This document shows, one piece after another, positions 25,077 to 38,901 of a DNA stretch of 64,000 nt; position 1 is the first letter of the stretch; every line of letters starts with the position of its first letter. Origin of the DNA: Squalus acanthias (taxonomy: Eukaryota); NCBI GenBank assembly GCA_030390025.1, contig JASTWF010000326.1, forward strand, positions 248,001-312,000, written 5' to 3'. A program made the translations under genes and the position numbers. The notes beneath the pieces are model-generated. The model worked only from the letters and a program-made list of their open reading frames with translations. It was not told where the DNA came from and did no database searches.

Positions 25077-26250
25077 ATTTATACATTCAAAGTTTTGTAA
25101 ATACGGCATTGTACATATTGCAAATATACAGAATTAGATGTTGAGATGCAAGTGCAATCTATTCTGAATAGATTTCTATTTGGTAGCCCCTCACTCCAAC
25201 ATGCTGATGTATGCTACACCAGGACTTCTTAACACAATACACAAAGTTCAATTTTCAAAGCCTTTACATTGTAAAGCTTTTTCTTAATTGAAAATGTGTT
25301 GCAAATTGTTCCCTTTGACATATGTGAGTGTGACTCATTTTTAAAAAGGCCAAATTGCATATTTTCAAGGGGCTCGTGGAATCCGACAGCCACATACAAT
25401 TTTCAGACCCGTTGCAGTCTCACAGACTGAAGAATTGCGACAAATTGGGAAGAATTCCGCTGGACCGATTCCACCCTGGTGTAAGGAACGCAGGCAGTAT
25501 TTATTCTTTCATCTGGACATCTCACTTAGTTTTGCTATCATCCTTACTTTCTGGGAGAAATGTTTTCAATCCATATCACCTGTTTATGATCTATTGACGT
25601 AGAAATCATTAAAAGTTAAGTTGCTAGCCTCATGCGTACGTTTACTTAAAATGACAGGCCTCAGTGTAGGATGAGGCATTGAATAATGGTATTCAAATGA
25701 TGTTAGTAACATAGCAGTTATTATAGTAAGAATGAGACTGTTAAATTATGCTCAAGGTTTACTTTCAATCATCTTGGATTACATTCATACATATCTGCCA
25801 TGAAAGTAAATTCCCCTTTTGAATTCTGTAATTTTTATTATGGTCATTTTCAACTTTAAAAAGATTTCAATTTCACAGAAATCTATTTACTGACAGTTCT
25901 GCTTCAAATATGAATTACAAAGTGACATGCAGAGATTCTTGTGGTGGGGGTTTGGGGGTGCGGGGAGCATTCAGCAGCTCTCAAAGGAAAGGCATTCGAT
26001 GGAATTTTTTTAATAAGCTGTTCTGTCTTTGCTCAAGTAATAGCGAGTTAAACCGAGTCGCAAAGAACATGTGTTGTCACGTATATGTATTGCCTTAATT
26101 TATGTAACAGCTAAAGAGCAGCAGATTCCTACATCGTCTGGTATTCTCCATCAGGGTGTGCCTGGGCAAACAAAGTGAGGGCCACTCAAACAGTTCATAG
26201 ACTGAAGCAGACAGAGTTGAAAAAGGGGAGGGGAGAAAATTTGAAATAAC

Positions 26251-27150
26251 TAGGGCTGTTGAGCAATTAAAAAAATTAATCACAATTAATTTCCATCAAA
26301 AATGTTAATCTCAGTTAATCTCGATTTTAATCGCATATTTAATTGATACAATTACTGCATCTATCTCATTCAAGTTTGTTTTATTGCTGATGTCCAAACT
26401 AATTCTTTGCACAAGATGAGGTTCATTGGTACTCACACTCTAAATTCAGTCAACGGTGTTGTTTTGGGGGATGGGGAGCCCAAGTTACCTAAATGCTCCT
26501 TAATAAAAAGACAGACTTGCATTTGTATAGCACCTTTCACAACCTCAGGGCGTCCCAAAGCACTTTACAGCCAATGAAGTACATTTGAAGTGTAGTCACT
26601 GTTGTAATGTAAGGAAACACGCAGCCAATTTGCTCACAGCAAGCTCCCACAAACAGCAATGTAATAATAACCAGAAATGTGTTTTAGTGATGTTGATTGA
26701 GGGATAAATATTGGCCAGGACACCGGGGATAACTCCCCTGCTCCTCTTCGAAAAAATGCCTTGTAATCTTTTACGTCCACCTAAGGGGGTAAACGGGACC
26801 TCAGTTTAACGTCTCATCCAAAAGGCAGCATCTCCGACAGTGCAGCACTCCTTCAGTACTACACTGAAGCGTCACTCTAGATTTTTGTGCTCGTGTCCCT
26901 GGAGTGGGTCTCAAACCCACGACCTTCTAACTCCGGCGAATGCGATATTCCAAGATACCCTTGTAAAGTGACTTTATTCAAACAGTTCATGGAAGACCAG
27001 ATCAATTGCTTGATCTTCAAGATGTCAAATCTCACAGATGTCACAATCTCTGTTGAAATAGGTACTCTGGGAACTTGATAATGCATTTCCATCCATAGAG
27101 CAGATCAAAAGATACTTCTGTGCATACTGAAGATTCTATCACATCAGCAA
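26251..27150 (-). mobile_element. Decayed hAT (Ac/ZBED1-like) transposon end, interrupted by a SINE
   Basis: Terminus tagggctgttgagcaattaaaaaaattaatcac..ttaatcgc is typical of fish hAT ends; minus strand has weak dimerisation-domain-like fragments (WMEMHY..PRV.., YLGIS); distal end not found. Confidence 0.45.
26505..26935 (-). mobile_element. Deu-domain SINE (SacSINE1-like), well preserved
   Basis: Reverse complement: gaaggtcgtgggtttgagacccactccag..gtgtagtactgaaggagtgctgcactgtcggag..gctttgggacgccctgaggttgtgaaaggtgctatacaaatgcaagtct. Confidence 0.85.
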
Positions 27151-28514
27151 ATAATATTTTCAAATCTTGGCACAGTGGAAAAAAATGTTATAACTGAGGA
27201 GGTTCAGATGCAAATCTTAACTTGTAATATCTTAGAAAAGGATACTAGGTTATTAGAAGATACCAAAAGCACAGCAAGAAAACCAAAGATGTGGAGGACC
27301 ATCTCAACAATACAAGATATCCCAAGCATCTTCGAAGCTCTGGCAACTCCTCCCCCTCTTAATATTCACTGATTTGGCAACTTTAGCTACACGAGAACCA
27401 GATAAATGCACAATTGAGCTATCAAGTTATTTTCATCTACAGTTTAAAAGTTCTATAAAAGAGCACGGCCAATGCAGTTATGGATCTGGAGAGGTTCAAA
27501 AGGTGACTATTAAATCTGCGGAGATTTTGCTTTAAATCCTGCCCACAAACCTTAACGAATCCCCAATGCACAGCATGTCCTCACTGTAACCAGATGGCGG
27601 TACCCATCCCATAACAATGTGGGCTGACAACACCAAGGAAAAAAGCTGAAAGTAAAAGGCAATTCAACGGAGCATGTTAAATAAAGTTGCGATGACTGGA
27701 ATGAAGCCACCCATGGCTCTGCCTCCCCTTCAGCCTGGTTCCCAATCCCATTGTAGCAGCTTCAATGTACACCAGATCTCAAACCCCGCCCCTATCGCAC
27801 TCAGTACCCAGCTCCATCAGAGCGAGTGAGGCCTCAATTACCTGGTGGCTCCTTTGTATACAAGGACTCTGGTGGCACTGACACCAGGTCCAATGGCCCC
27901 AACAATGCTGGCGATGGGGAAAACACTCAGCATGTGTGTCAGTGTGTGCATTCTCTGCTTTGAACAATGCTCGGGATACGTCAAACCCCGTGCGAGTCAC
28001 CCACACTGCATCATCGCCCCACTCCGCCTCACGCGGTACCTGCCTATCATTGACAGGCTCCTTGTGGCAACTTCCATGATTAACACATTTTAAAAAATTA
28101 ATCAGCAAAAAAGTTAACATACCAATCACAGAAGTTAGCTGCAGTTGCTTGACAGCCCAGAAAATAACCAAATCTTTTGCTACCCGCAAGAAAAATGTAG
28201 GTGTACGAGAAGAAACTGAACAAATGTGCACAGAGCGGGATTAAAACGGCGTGTACCTAAACAGAGTTTTTTATTTGGGAATTTGGAAAGAGTGGGAATT
28301 TCTGGCAAGTATTGGGTAATTAGTAGATGTAAAATTTAGTTTAACATTTTGATTTTAACCTAGAACTTTAAAAACTGTAGTTAACAGAAGCTGCCTGCCA
28401 GTGGCAGTTAACTGTCAGACAGCTGTAAGTGTTTGTCTTGAACAGGTGCTAATCACCAGGAGCAGGGGAGCCGAGTCAACACTTGTAAATTGGGTGAGGC
28501 TCCTAGGAGTATAA

Positions 28515-30063
28515 GGCCGTGATTTTCTCATCGGTGTCAGGATGGGGGCAGGTCAGCTGGTTTCCGGGTTCCAGTCCCGCCCCCTGCAGACGTGATTTTC
28601 CCTTGATTGGCTTTGTTAGGCCCGCAGGGCGGGCCTACCGGCCAATTAACAGGAAGCTGGTCTGATGATTTCATTTGATGACGCGTCATCTGCCGGTTTC
28701 TTTAAAGGGACCATGCACAATTTTATTTTGACTGTTGATTTTTCAGTGTTTGACAGCATTGAGGTGCTGAAAACACTGACAATCACTGCACAAAGGTGAA
28801 CTTTTGCATCCAGGCTGGCCAATGACTCCCTCCATATGCTTATGGAGGGAGTCACAGTACGCAGGGAGGTTCTCTTCCCTTCCCTTCCGAGGGCAGAAGA
28901 GACCTCCCCATGACACCAACTTACCTTGCACCTCCAAACAACCCTCTCTATCTACTTTATCACTTCCCCATCTCACTAGCTACCCCTCACGCTCACCCTC
29001 ATTCTACTGCAAGCATATCAACTAACAACACACAAGGGTGGGCACTTGAGAGGTTTAGCCAATGTCCATGTGAAGTTTCTGGTAATGTGTTGTCATACAG
29101 TGAAATCTCTTTTTCAAAAAGTGCCCCTTATTGGACAGATCTCAGCGCACATCGAGTTCCAGTGATTGTTCAGTCATAACTCTTAACCCACCCCTCCACC
29201 CCGCACCCCCCCCCCCCCCCCGCCCCGCTATAGTGATGTGTGTGCATGGAATGGCTTGTACATTAAAGGGATGCTTCACGGTGCTGGCGTGGGATGGTGT
29301 CAACCTGGCGCATCACGTGGCAGCCAGGGTTTACAACATCAAGTGAAGAAAGTCTGGCCATGGTGATGCCATCGCTGGCTTCCCAGCCAGCAATTTTGTC
29401 AGGGGCTGATGCCCTGTGTCCAGTGCAGCATCAGGTGATGGCGGCGAAGGTTGGTGATGTTGGGGATGATTGTGGAAGGATTCGGAGGACCAAGGTCTGA
29501 TTGTTTCATTGGCTCCGATGTTGCTGGAACAGATGGCAGCTGCAGGTGAGATGACAGAAGCGATCCGTCACTGGTGAGAGAGGTTCTCCCAATGAGGTGG
29601 CACTGGACATACAGTTGGATTTCAAAACTTGTAAGCTAAAGAAATCTGTATCTATATTAAGAATGTAGTAACCAACATTTTCTTGGCTCTGAAACTCACC
29701 ATGTGCAACATGGCATCCTTGACACCACTTCTGCAGCTGTTCTCACAAACATCAGACCAGACTCAACACGCCACACTTACCTGGCGTGTTGTCCTGACAT
29801 CGTAAAAGCCCGACCCAGAAGCTGGAAAATCGAAAAAGACCCTGAAAACTGCTCACAAGTACCTGTTAATAGGCAGTTAATTGCCTTTAATCCGTTTCCC
29901 GCCGCTAGGTGTCGGGTCCATTCGCAAATCGGGGACCCGACACTTGGGAAAGTTGTGTGGAGGCGGGATGACGGCGGGTGCGGAACCCGCCGTCAATCAA
30001 AACGACTTTCACCTCTGACCCGCCTCCAAACCCGCCCTCTGAGCGCCGGCAAAATCGCAGGCC
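28515..30063 (+). mobile_element. Harbinger/PIF non-autonomous element (1.55 kb) with Myb/SANT-like gene remnant
   Basis: TAA|ggccgtgattttc ... gcaaaatcgcaggcc|TAA; 28806-28883 reads ASRLANDSLHMLMEGVTVRREVLFPS, resembling the Harbinger Myb/SANT N-terminus. Confidence 0.85.
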
Positions 30064-30367
30064 TAAGAGTTTTAGAGTAAACAGGTCTGCAGAGCACAGA
30101 GCGGGGGGATTAAAACGGAGTGGACTTAAACAGAATGTTTTATTTGGGAATTTGGAAAGAGTGCGAATTCAGAGAAGAGGGGGAAGGTGTGAGGGGGAAG
30201 GTGTTGTTGCTTTTTGCCTACACTACTTGTAGTGCTTTTTGTTACAGGTAGATATTTAATTTCAGTACCCATAACTTAATCTAGATCAAGTAAGTAGTCA
30301 AGAAACGACACTGTAAACTAAGTTACCTAATTACAAATTGAATTAAATAACACAATGTTATAAAGGG

Positions 30368-31320
30368 ATGGCAGTGCAGGTGGTGTGCCACAACTGCAGC
30401 ATGTGGGAGTTTGTGCAGAGCATCGTGATCCTGGACGATCACGTCTGCAGTAAGTGTCTGCATCTTGAGGAACTTCAGCTCAGAGTTTTTGAGCTGGAGT
30501 CTGAGATGCAGACATTGCGGGGCATCAGGGATGGAGAGAGTTACCTGGGTACTTTGATTCAGGAGGCAGTCACTCCCCTTAGGTTAGGTAGTGGTACAGG
30601 TCTGGTTAGTGGTCAGGGACTGGAGGATGAGACTGCAACTCAGGCAGGTAAGGGGACCCCAGGTGCAGTGCTGGAGGAGCCTCAGCCTTTGCCCTTGCCC
30701 AACAGACATGAGGTTCTTGCTGCCTGTGTGGATGAGGGTAAAGCCTGCAGGATGGATGAGCAAACTGACCATGGTGCAGGAGGCCATTTAAGTGGGGGGA
30801 GTGAAAGGGAATGTAGTTGTGGTAGGGGACAGTATAGTCAGGGGGATAGATACTGTTCTCTGCAGCCACGACCAAGAGTTCCGAAGGTTGTGTTGCCTGC
30901 CCGGTGCCAGGGTTAAAGACATCTCCTCACGGCTGGAGGAGAACTTGGAGTGGGAGGAGGAGGATCCAGTTGTCGTGGTCCACGTAGGAATCAACGACAT
31001 AGGTAGAACTAGGAATGAGGTTCTGCGGACGGAGTTTGAGGAGCTAGGATCCAAATTAAAAAGCAGAACCTCAAAAGGTAATAATCTCTGGATTGTTACC
31101 TGAGCCACGCGCAAATTGGCATAGGAACAAACAGATTAGAGGTTTAAATGCGTGGCTCAAAGAGTGGTGTGGGAGGAAGGAGTTTCAGTTCATGGGGCAC
31201 TGGCACCAGTACTGGGGAAAGAGGGAGCTGTTCCGTTGGGACGGGCTCCACTTAAACTGAGCTGGGACCAGTGTCCTGGCGAACCGAATAACTAGGGCAG
31301 TAGACAGGGCTTTAAACTAA
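30368..31320 (+). pseudogene. CR1 ORF1: zinc finger/leucine zipper + SGNH esterase, frameshifted
   Basis: CHNC..CSKC followed by LEELQLRVFELESEMQTL; GDSIVRG, LPGARV, HVGINDI, then DGLHLN near 31240. Confidence 0.9.
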
Positions 31321-31499
31321 TGAAGGGGGGTGGGAGGATTCAGGAAAGAGTAAATTTAAAAGCTGCGAGAGAAATGTCAAGACTCCAGAGCAGAGTAGAG
31401 TTTTCAGTAAAAATAAGCAGAGTGGGTCAGGAAGGGACAGAGAGAGTAACAAAGGTAATAAGGCATCAGTGACTAAGGTGACATCAGGGAAAAATAGAA

Positions 31500-34237
31500 A
31501 TAAGTCAAAGTTAATGGCACTATATCTGAATGAGTGAAGCATGTGCAACAAAATAAATGAATTAATAGCGCAGATAGAAATTAATAGGTTTAATTTAATA
31601 GCCATTACGGAGACGTGGTTGCAACGTGGCCAAGATTGGAAACTAAATATTCCAGGATACTTAACTTGAAGAGATAGGCAAAATGGAAAAGGAGGAGGGG
31701 TAGCCCTGATAACAAAGGATGGGATTACGACAGTAGAGAGAAAGGATCTTCGCTCCGAAAATCAAGAAGTAGAATCAGTTTGGGGGGAGCTAAGGAACAG
31801 CAAGGGGCAGAAAACATTGGTGGGAGTTATTTATAGGCCCCCAAACAATAGTTGTAACATAAGACAGAGTATAAATCAGGAAATTAGGAGGTGCATGTAC
31901 CAAGAATAATCCAGTCATCATGGGGGCCTTCAATCTACATATAGACTGGGCCAACCAAATTTGCAGTAATAGTGTGGAGGACGAATTAATGGAATGTATG
32001 CAAGATAGTTACGAGATCAGTATGTTGAGGAACCAACTAGGGAACAGGCTATTTTAGATGTAGTATTGTGCAACGAGAAAGGGTTAATTCATAACCTTGT
32101 AGTAAAGGGGCCTTTAGGGAAGAGTGACCATAAAGTGATTTAGTTAAATCCAAAACTAGGGTCTTAAATCTATACAAAGCAAACATACCTAGGTATGAGG
32201 GGTGAGTTGGCTAACGCAGATTGGGAAACTACATTAAAAATGTATGACAGTAGACAAGCAATGGCTAGCATTTAAAGAATTAATTCATAATTTACAACAA
32301 ATATACATTCCCTTAAGGCACAACACCCCCACACGAAAAGTGGTCCAACCGTGGCTAACAAGTTAAAGATAGTATTAGATCAAATGAAGAGGCTTATAAT
32401 GTTGCCAAAAAGAGTAGTAAGCCTGAGGATTGGGAGGATTTTAGAATTCAGCAAAGGAGGACAAAGAAATTGATAAAGAAAGGGAAAATAGAATGAGAGT
32501 AAACTAGCGAGAGACATACAAACAGATTGTAAAAGCTTCTATAGGTATGTAAAAAGGAAAAGATTAGCAAAAGTAAATTTGGGTCCCTTACAGGCTGAGA
32601 CAGGAGAAACTAAACAAATACTTTTGTTCTGACTTCGCGGAAGACAACGCAAAAAACTTCCCGGAAATAGTGGAGAACCAAGGGTCTATCGAGAATGAGG
32701 AACTGAAAGAAATTAATTAGTATAAAAAAGTACTGGAGAAATTAATGGGACTGAAAGCTGATAAAGCCCCTGGAACTGATGGCCTACATCCTAGGGTTTT
32801 GAAAGAACTGGCTATAGAGATATATATGGATGCATTGGTTGTCATTTTCCAAAATTCCATAGATTCTAGAATGGTTCCCGCAGATTGGAAGGTAGCAAAT
32901 GTAACCCCACTATTTAAGAAAGGAGGGAGAGAGAAAATGGGGAACTACAGACCAGTAAGCCTGACATCAGTAATAGGGAAAATGCTAGAATCTATTATTA
33001 AGGATGTGGTAACAGGGCACTTAGAAAATAATAATACGATAAGGCAGATCCAACACGGATTTATGAAAGGGAAATTGTGTTTGACAAATCTGTTGGAGTT
33101 TTTTGAGGTGGTAACGAGTAGAATAGATAAGGGGGAAACCAGTGAATGTGGTGTATTTGGATTTTCAGAAGGCATTCGATAAGGTGCCACACAAGAGATT
33201 ATTAAACAAAATTAGGGCTCATGGGATTGGGGGTAATATACTAGCATAGATTGAGGATTGGTTAATGGACAGAAAACAGGGCAGGAATAAACGGGTCATT
33301 TTCGGGTTGGCAGGCTGTAACTAGTGGGGTACCGCAAGGATCAGTGCTTGGGCCTCAGCTATTCACAATCTAGGTCAATGATTTGGATGAGGGGACCAAA
33401 TGTAATATATCCAGGTTTGCTGATGATACAAAGCTGGGTGGGAATGCAAGTTGTGAGGAGGATGCAAGGAGGCTTCAAGGGGATATAGTCAGGCTAAGTG
33501 AGTGGGCAAGAACATGGCAAATGGAATATAACGTGGAGAAATGTGAAGTTATCCACTTTGGTTGGAAATATAGAAAAGCAGAGTATTTTTTAAATTGAGA
33601 GAGATTGGGAAATGTTGGTGTTCAGAGGGACCTGGGTGTCCTTGTACACGAATCACAAAGTTAACATGCAGGTACAGCAAGCAATTAGGAAATCAAATGG
33701 TATGTTGGCCTTTATTACAAGAGGATTTGAGTATAAGAGTAAAGACGTCTTACTGCAATTATATAGGGCCCTGGTGAGACCACATCTGGAGTATTGTGTA
33801 CAGTTTTGGTCTCCTTACCTAAGGAAACATATACTTGCCATAGAGTGAGTGCAACAAAGGTTCACCAGACTGATTCCTAGGATGAGGGTATTGTCATAGG
33901 AGGAGAGATTGAGTAGACTAGGCCTATATTCTCTAGAGGTTAGAAGAATGAGAGGTGATCTCATTGAAACATACAACATTCTTACAGGGCTCGACAGGAT
34001 AGATGCAGGGCTGTGGAGTCTAGAACCAGGGGTCACAGTCTCAGAATAAGAGGTTGACCATTTAGGACTGAGATGAGGGGAAATTTCTTCACTCAGAGGG
34101 TGGTGAATCTTTGGAATTCTCTACCCCAGAGGGCTGTGGAGGCTCAGTCATTGAGTATATTCAAGACAGAGATCAATAGATTTTTAGATATTAAGGGAAT
34201 CAAGGGATATGGGGACAGTGCAGGAAAGTGGAGTTGA
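31500..34237 (+). pseudogene. CR1 ORF2 (APE endonuclease + reverse transcriptase), disrupted
   Basis: IAITETWL, GGGVAL, YRPP, SDH; KAPGTDGLHPRVLKE, NYRPVSLTS, QHGF, FADDTKL, RPHLEYCVQFWSP. Confidence 0.92.
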
Positions 34238-34399
34238 GGTCGAAGATCAGCCATGATCTAATTTAATGGCAGAGCAGGCTTGAGGATCCAAATGGTCTAC
34301 TCCTGTTCCCATTTCTTATGTAATGTGGAACAATTGTCAGTGATAATTGTAGAAAAGGAATTGTTTTTTTATATTAAAAAAACTCAAGCTGCACAAGTC

Positions 34400-35690
34400 A
34401 CCAGGCATGCACCTCGTTGAAGGAAGTCAAGAGAAAATAGCAACGGCTCTGGCCATAATTTTTCAATCTCAAACAAATGGTGCTGGGGCTGGAGAGTAGC
34501 CAATGTAACAGTTCTCTTCAAGAAGGATAAACTGCGTAATTGCAGACCAGTTAGTCTAATGTCAGTTGTGGGCAAACTCTTGGATCCACAATATGATTTT
34601 CAGCAGGCTTTCAAAAGTATCTCAAGAAGCTTCTGATAAAACGTCATTGATATAGTGCAAGAGAAAATGTAGCAGCATAGATAGAAAGTTTATGGACAGG
34701 AAACAAGGGATTAGATTTAATATATGAGTAATGCCCAGATTGGAAGCTGTGAGGGGTCAATGCCGAGTCCACTTTTTCTCAGATAATTTGGACTTTAGTA
34801 CAGGGAGCATGATATTAAAATTTGCTGATAACACTAAGGTAGGGGATATGCCAAACAGCAAGATGGATTTAAAATTTGTTTTAAGTGGACATAGACATAG
34901 AATGGGAAGACAGGTAGCAGATGCAACTTAATGTGGAGTAGTGAAATGTAATACATTTTGAGAGGAAAAAAGAGAAATGGGAATATACCCTCAATGGAAA
35001 GATGCTGAAGGGTGTGGACGAAGAGAGACTCAGAAGTTCAAATGCATCATTTGCTGAAAATGCAAGTGCAGCTACTCAAAGTTATTAAAATGGTCAATAG
35101 TATTTTGGGTTTCATAAATAGGGCAAGAGTACAAAAAAGTCAAGATAATTTTTTACATGGCAATTGCTAGGCCACAGTTAGAGTACTCTGTGCAGTTTAG
35201 TGTGTTCCAATACTAAAAAGGATCCAAAGCTATCAAGAGAATACATCATAGATTCACCAGAATGATGCCGGGGATGGAAAATTGTAGTTAGAGAGAGAGA
35301 TTCTTTAGAATTTGGGACTACTTCCACCATGTAGAGAAGGAGGTCTAACAGTCATGTCACAATTATAAAAATGTTTATCGCGAATACGGAAATACAATTT
35401 GGGGATTCAGTGATGAGGGGTTACAGATTTAAAATTGTAACTAAAAAGGGTAAGGTGTGAGGCTGGGAGGAATTTCTACACAGAAGGCTATTGAAGCATG
35501 GAATGCTTTGTCACAAAGAAGAGTTGAAGCACCATTGAATCTTTTCAGGGAATAGTGAGGAAGATGCAGTGGTACGGGAAGTGAGCAGAGCAAGGTGTTT
35601 TATTCTGGATTGCACTAACAAAAACCTACAAAGACACAATGGGCTAAATGGCTTCCTCTGTGCTATACACATCTTTGATTCTATGATTAA
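34400..35690 (+). mobile_element. Old, heavily decayed CR1 ORF2/3' UTR
   Basis: Remnants of WRVANVT, ILKFADNTKVG, aggccacagttagagtactctgtgcag, gggctaaatggcttcctctgtg. Confidence 0.7.
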
Positions 35691-35974
35691 TACACTAAAA
35701 ACCTGCAATAAATGACTAATGTCACAGTGCTAATAGCAGTGTCACAACATTCATCACTTATGCCCCAGCCTATATTTTAACATTTTCCAATCTGTATTAT
35801 TTTAATGCTGTCAGTAATCCATTTTAAAAGGGAAAAATGTGTTATTACAGCATTAAAATGACAATTAGAAATTCTAAGCTTGTATTATATGTACTAAAAT
35901 TTGGACACTACTTTGAATGGACACTCTAACCAGCTAATCCACAGTCGTGCTTGGAGTTTCAGAAAAATCACAAA

Positions 35975-36591
35975 TAAACAACTTATATTTATACAGTGCC
36001 TTTCACGTAGTAAAACGTCCCAAGGTGCTTCAGCGGAGTATTATAAGACAAAAACTGTGACACTGAGCCACATAAAGAGAAATTAAGGCAGGTGACCAAA
36101 AGCTTGGTCAAGGAGGTAGGTTTTAAGGAGCGTCTTAAAAGGAGGAAAGAGAGGTAGCGAGGCGGAGAGGTTTAGGCAGGGAATTCCAGAGCTTAGGACC
36201 GAGGCAACAGAAGGCATGGCCACCAATGGTCGAGCGATTATAATCAAGGATTCTCAAGAGGGCAGAATTAGAAGAGTGCAGATATCTTGGGGGGGGGGGG
36301 CGGGGGGTTGTGGGACAGATATTACGGAGAGGGTTGGAGTCAGTGGCTAGGGAACGGAGTTTGTGGCAGGGACCGAAAGCAATGGCTTCGGTCTTCCCAA
36401 TATTTAATTGGAGAACATTTCTGCTCATCCAGAACTGGATGTCAAACAAGCAATCTGACAATTTAGAGACCGTGGAGGGGTCGAGAGAATAGGTAACGAG
36501 GTAGAGCATCAGCGTACATGTGGAAACTGATGCTGTGTTTTTGGATGATATAGCCAAGGGGCAACCTGTAGATGAGAAACAGGAGAGGGTC
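35975..36591 (-). mobile_element. L2 LINE 3' part (continues at 38727-38901)
   Basis: ORF 36135-36659 LSDCLFDIQFWMSRNVLQLNIGKTEAIAFG..GGHAFCCLGPKLWNSLPKPLR; L2-type tail. Confidence 0.88.
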
Positions 36592-38726
36592 TGTGAAGGA
36601 ATATAGGGGGAGAAATTCAGTATCGCCCCATTTGGGGCGCAATTATCAGCTGGGTGCAAAGATTAGCGCCTGGCGCTAATTATCACCACCGACTGCAAAC
36701 TTGACTTTTATCGCCCCTGGAAGTGATTGGAGCGCTAAATCAGGCACTTCACACCTGTCTTAAGGCACAAAGGCCGAGGAGCGAGGCACTACCTCAGAGC
36801 GCTGGCGAAGCTCATGTAATGTCAGTCAGCAATGGAACACACACACAATGGCACGGGCCAGTTCTTAAAGGGGATAGTTAATCTTGCTTTCCATCCACAT
36901 CCTGCTCATTGCAGCCTTGAATCTCGGCCTGGAGAGACCTGCACATCAAATCTGCTGGTAAGAACAATGGAGAGTACCAGGCAAAGAGCTCAGAGTGCAG
37001 CCCCCACAGTCTCTTGTAAATCGATACAAGGAATGGCAAATCAAAATGAACCTGCAAAGTGCTGCTCAGTACCCAAAACTCCTTCACACAGTGTTGAATC
37101 TCTCCAGAAGTCTCTCTCTCACTCTCTCTCTCTCTCTCTCTCTCTCTCACAGAATGCGTAGTTAAAAAATGGCACCAACAATAAAAGGCAGGAAGCGGTC
37201 ACCTTTAAATAGCGCTCCCCCTTTCCCTTCATGACTGCAGAACGCTCCCCTCAACCTGTCGTTGCTAGTGTCAGGCGGTAAGGCAGGGGGCGCCACTCAA
37301 TATCCGTTCCGGGGCGATACCGGGGCGTTGCGCACTCGACTGACGTCACGATCTGCCGGCGCAGGAGATCGTGGCGGTAGTGTTTAGCGCCGCCGCAAAA
37401 TGTCTAGTTAATTTCGCGAGCAGCGCAAACTTCGCCACGCCTGGGCACTCGATGATTTGTGCCCCATTAGCGCCCTCTTAAGGCTAACGGGAGGCGCAAC
37501 CAACTGAATTTTTCCGCCATACTATATAATCTTTTTAGAAAAATATACTATATAGCCTTTTTAGAAAAATACACTATCTTATGCAAGAATTCTGGTCTTG
37601 TTGAGATAAGACAGTGGTTGACCCCAAAGAGTACCTTATAAGGAACTCTACCTTATAAATTCTTTAAAACATGACAAATGGGTTTGGAAATTTAGAAACC
37701 TAACTATGAAATAGCTATGAAAGAATTCTGGCTATTGAAACAGGACAAGTTGTTGACCCTGAATAAATAACCTGATTGAAACAGAAGAATGGGATGGCTC
37801 TTGTGGCTGACCTTTTGGGAATAAAACAATGGTCAACCCTGGATATGTGATATAAATTAAACTTCGTAAAGATGGCACATAAGATAAGGAACATCTGCCC
37901 TCGTAAAGATGACACATAAAATAAGGGACATCTGCCTTTCACACCTTTTATATGGTGAACCCAGAACACCTGGAGATGTGGCAGATTCTGGAATATTACA
38001 AGCTGATGTGGCAGTAAAGAATTGCAGAGGTCAACAGAAAGATGAATAGTGATAATTAACTTGCATCAGCAGAAACCTTAAAGGAAATACAACTGAAAAA
38101 GTGTATAAATATTGAAGTCTCAAATGAGATAGAGTCGCTTTAATCGGGCAAAGCGATTCTCGACTGCAGAGGCGGCTCTGTGGTCTTCCACTCTTTGTAC
38201 CTCGGGGATCAAAGGTATTTTGATATTGATGGATATCCTGTTTAGAAAATTAAGAACTGTAGCGAAGTTAAGATTTAAAAGAATGATTCTCTGTTAAAAA
38301 TATCGTATTTTTTCCTCTTTTTAGAACGGTTAACGTTGTGATTGACTGATTCACCAACTGTAAATTGCATGTTGGTTCTTTTAATAAAGCTCTATATATT
38401 TTTAGAATTGTCTCACATAAGTCTTCTGTATCAATAACTCGCGAACTCAATCTCTGTACACTCTTTGGTGAAAAGTTACATTTCTGAAGGAGATCCTCGA
38501 ACCCTCAATATCCGGGATGTTACAGTCTAGCTAAACTTATTATCTGGAGTATGCTAACATTCTTGGGTTGTTCCTTTCCTTTCGGGAGAGATAGCCCGGA
38601 CCTTTAGACCCAGTTAAGCGTCTTTAGGATTGGGCTACCTCAAACTTTAGTTGAAAGTGAACATCTGAGAAATACGCCTGATCCAGGATAGCCCCAAAAG
38701 GGCTGGGACTAGTAAATAACCCTTCA
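36592..38726 (+). mobile_element. Solo LTR (TG..CA) inserted in L2 and carrying a nested MITE
   Basis: ggtc|tgtgaagg ... cccttca|ggcc (4-bp TSD, 1 mismatch); L2 resumes exactly; tataaata ~38104, aataaa ~38383; short tandem duplications at 37520-37578 and 37865-37938. Confidence 0.7.
36606..37518. mobile_element. Harbinger-like MITE nested in the LTR
   Basis: ATA|gggggagaaattcag ... ctgaatttttccgcc|ATA; CpG-rich; (CT)n at 37112-37149. Confidence 0.75.
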
Positions 38727-38901
38727 GGCCAAGGATAGATCCTTGGGGGATACCAGAGGTAACAATGCGGGAGTGGGAAGAGAAGCTGTTGCAGGTGATT
38801 CTCTGGCTACGATTAGATAGATAGAAATGAAACAAGGCGAGTGCAGTCCCACCCAGCTAGACGACGGTGGAGAGGCGTTGGAGAAGGATGGAGTGGTCAA
38901 C
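38727..38901 (-). mobile_element. L2 LINE RT fragment (continuation)
   Basis: FYLSNRSQRI..VTSGIPQGSILG. Confidence 0.85.

Larger units (their letters stand above)
28215..34322 (+). mobile_element. Near full-length CR1 LINE (5' UTR, ORF1, ORF2, 3' UTR), inactivated; 5' UTR interrupted by a Harbinger element
   Basis: Collinear ORF1, APE, RT and 3' UTR with many stops and frameshifts; 5' boundary approximate. Confidence 0.88.

Noticed and set aside
27779..28231. 150-aa minus-strand ORF
   Set aside because: No recognisable motif; lies between decayed transposon sequence and the CR1 5' end
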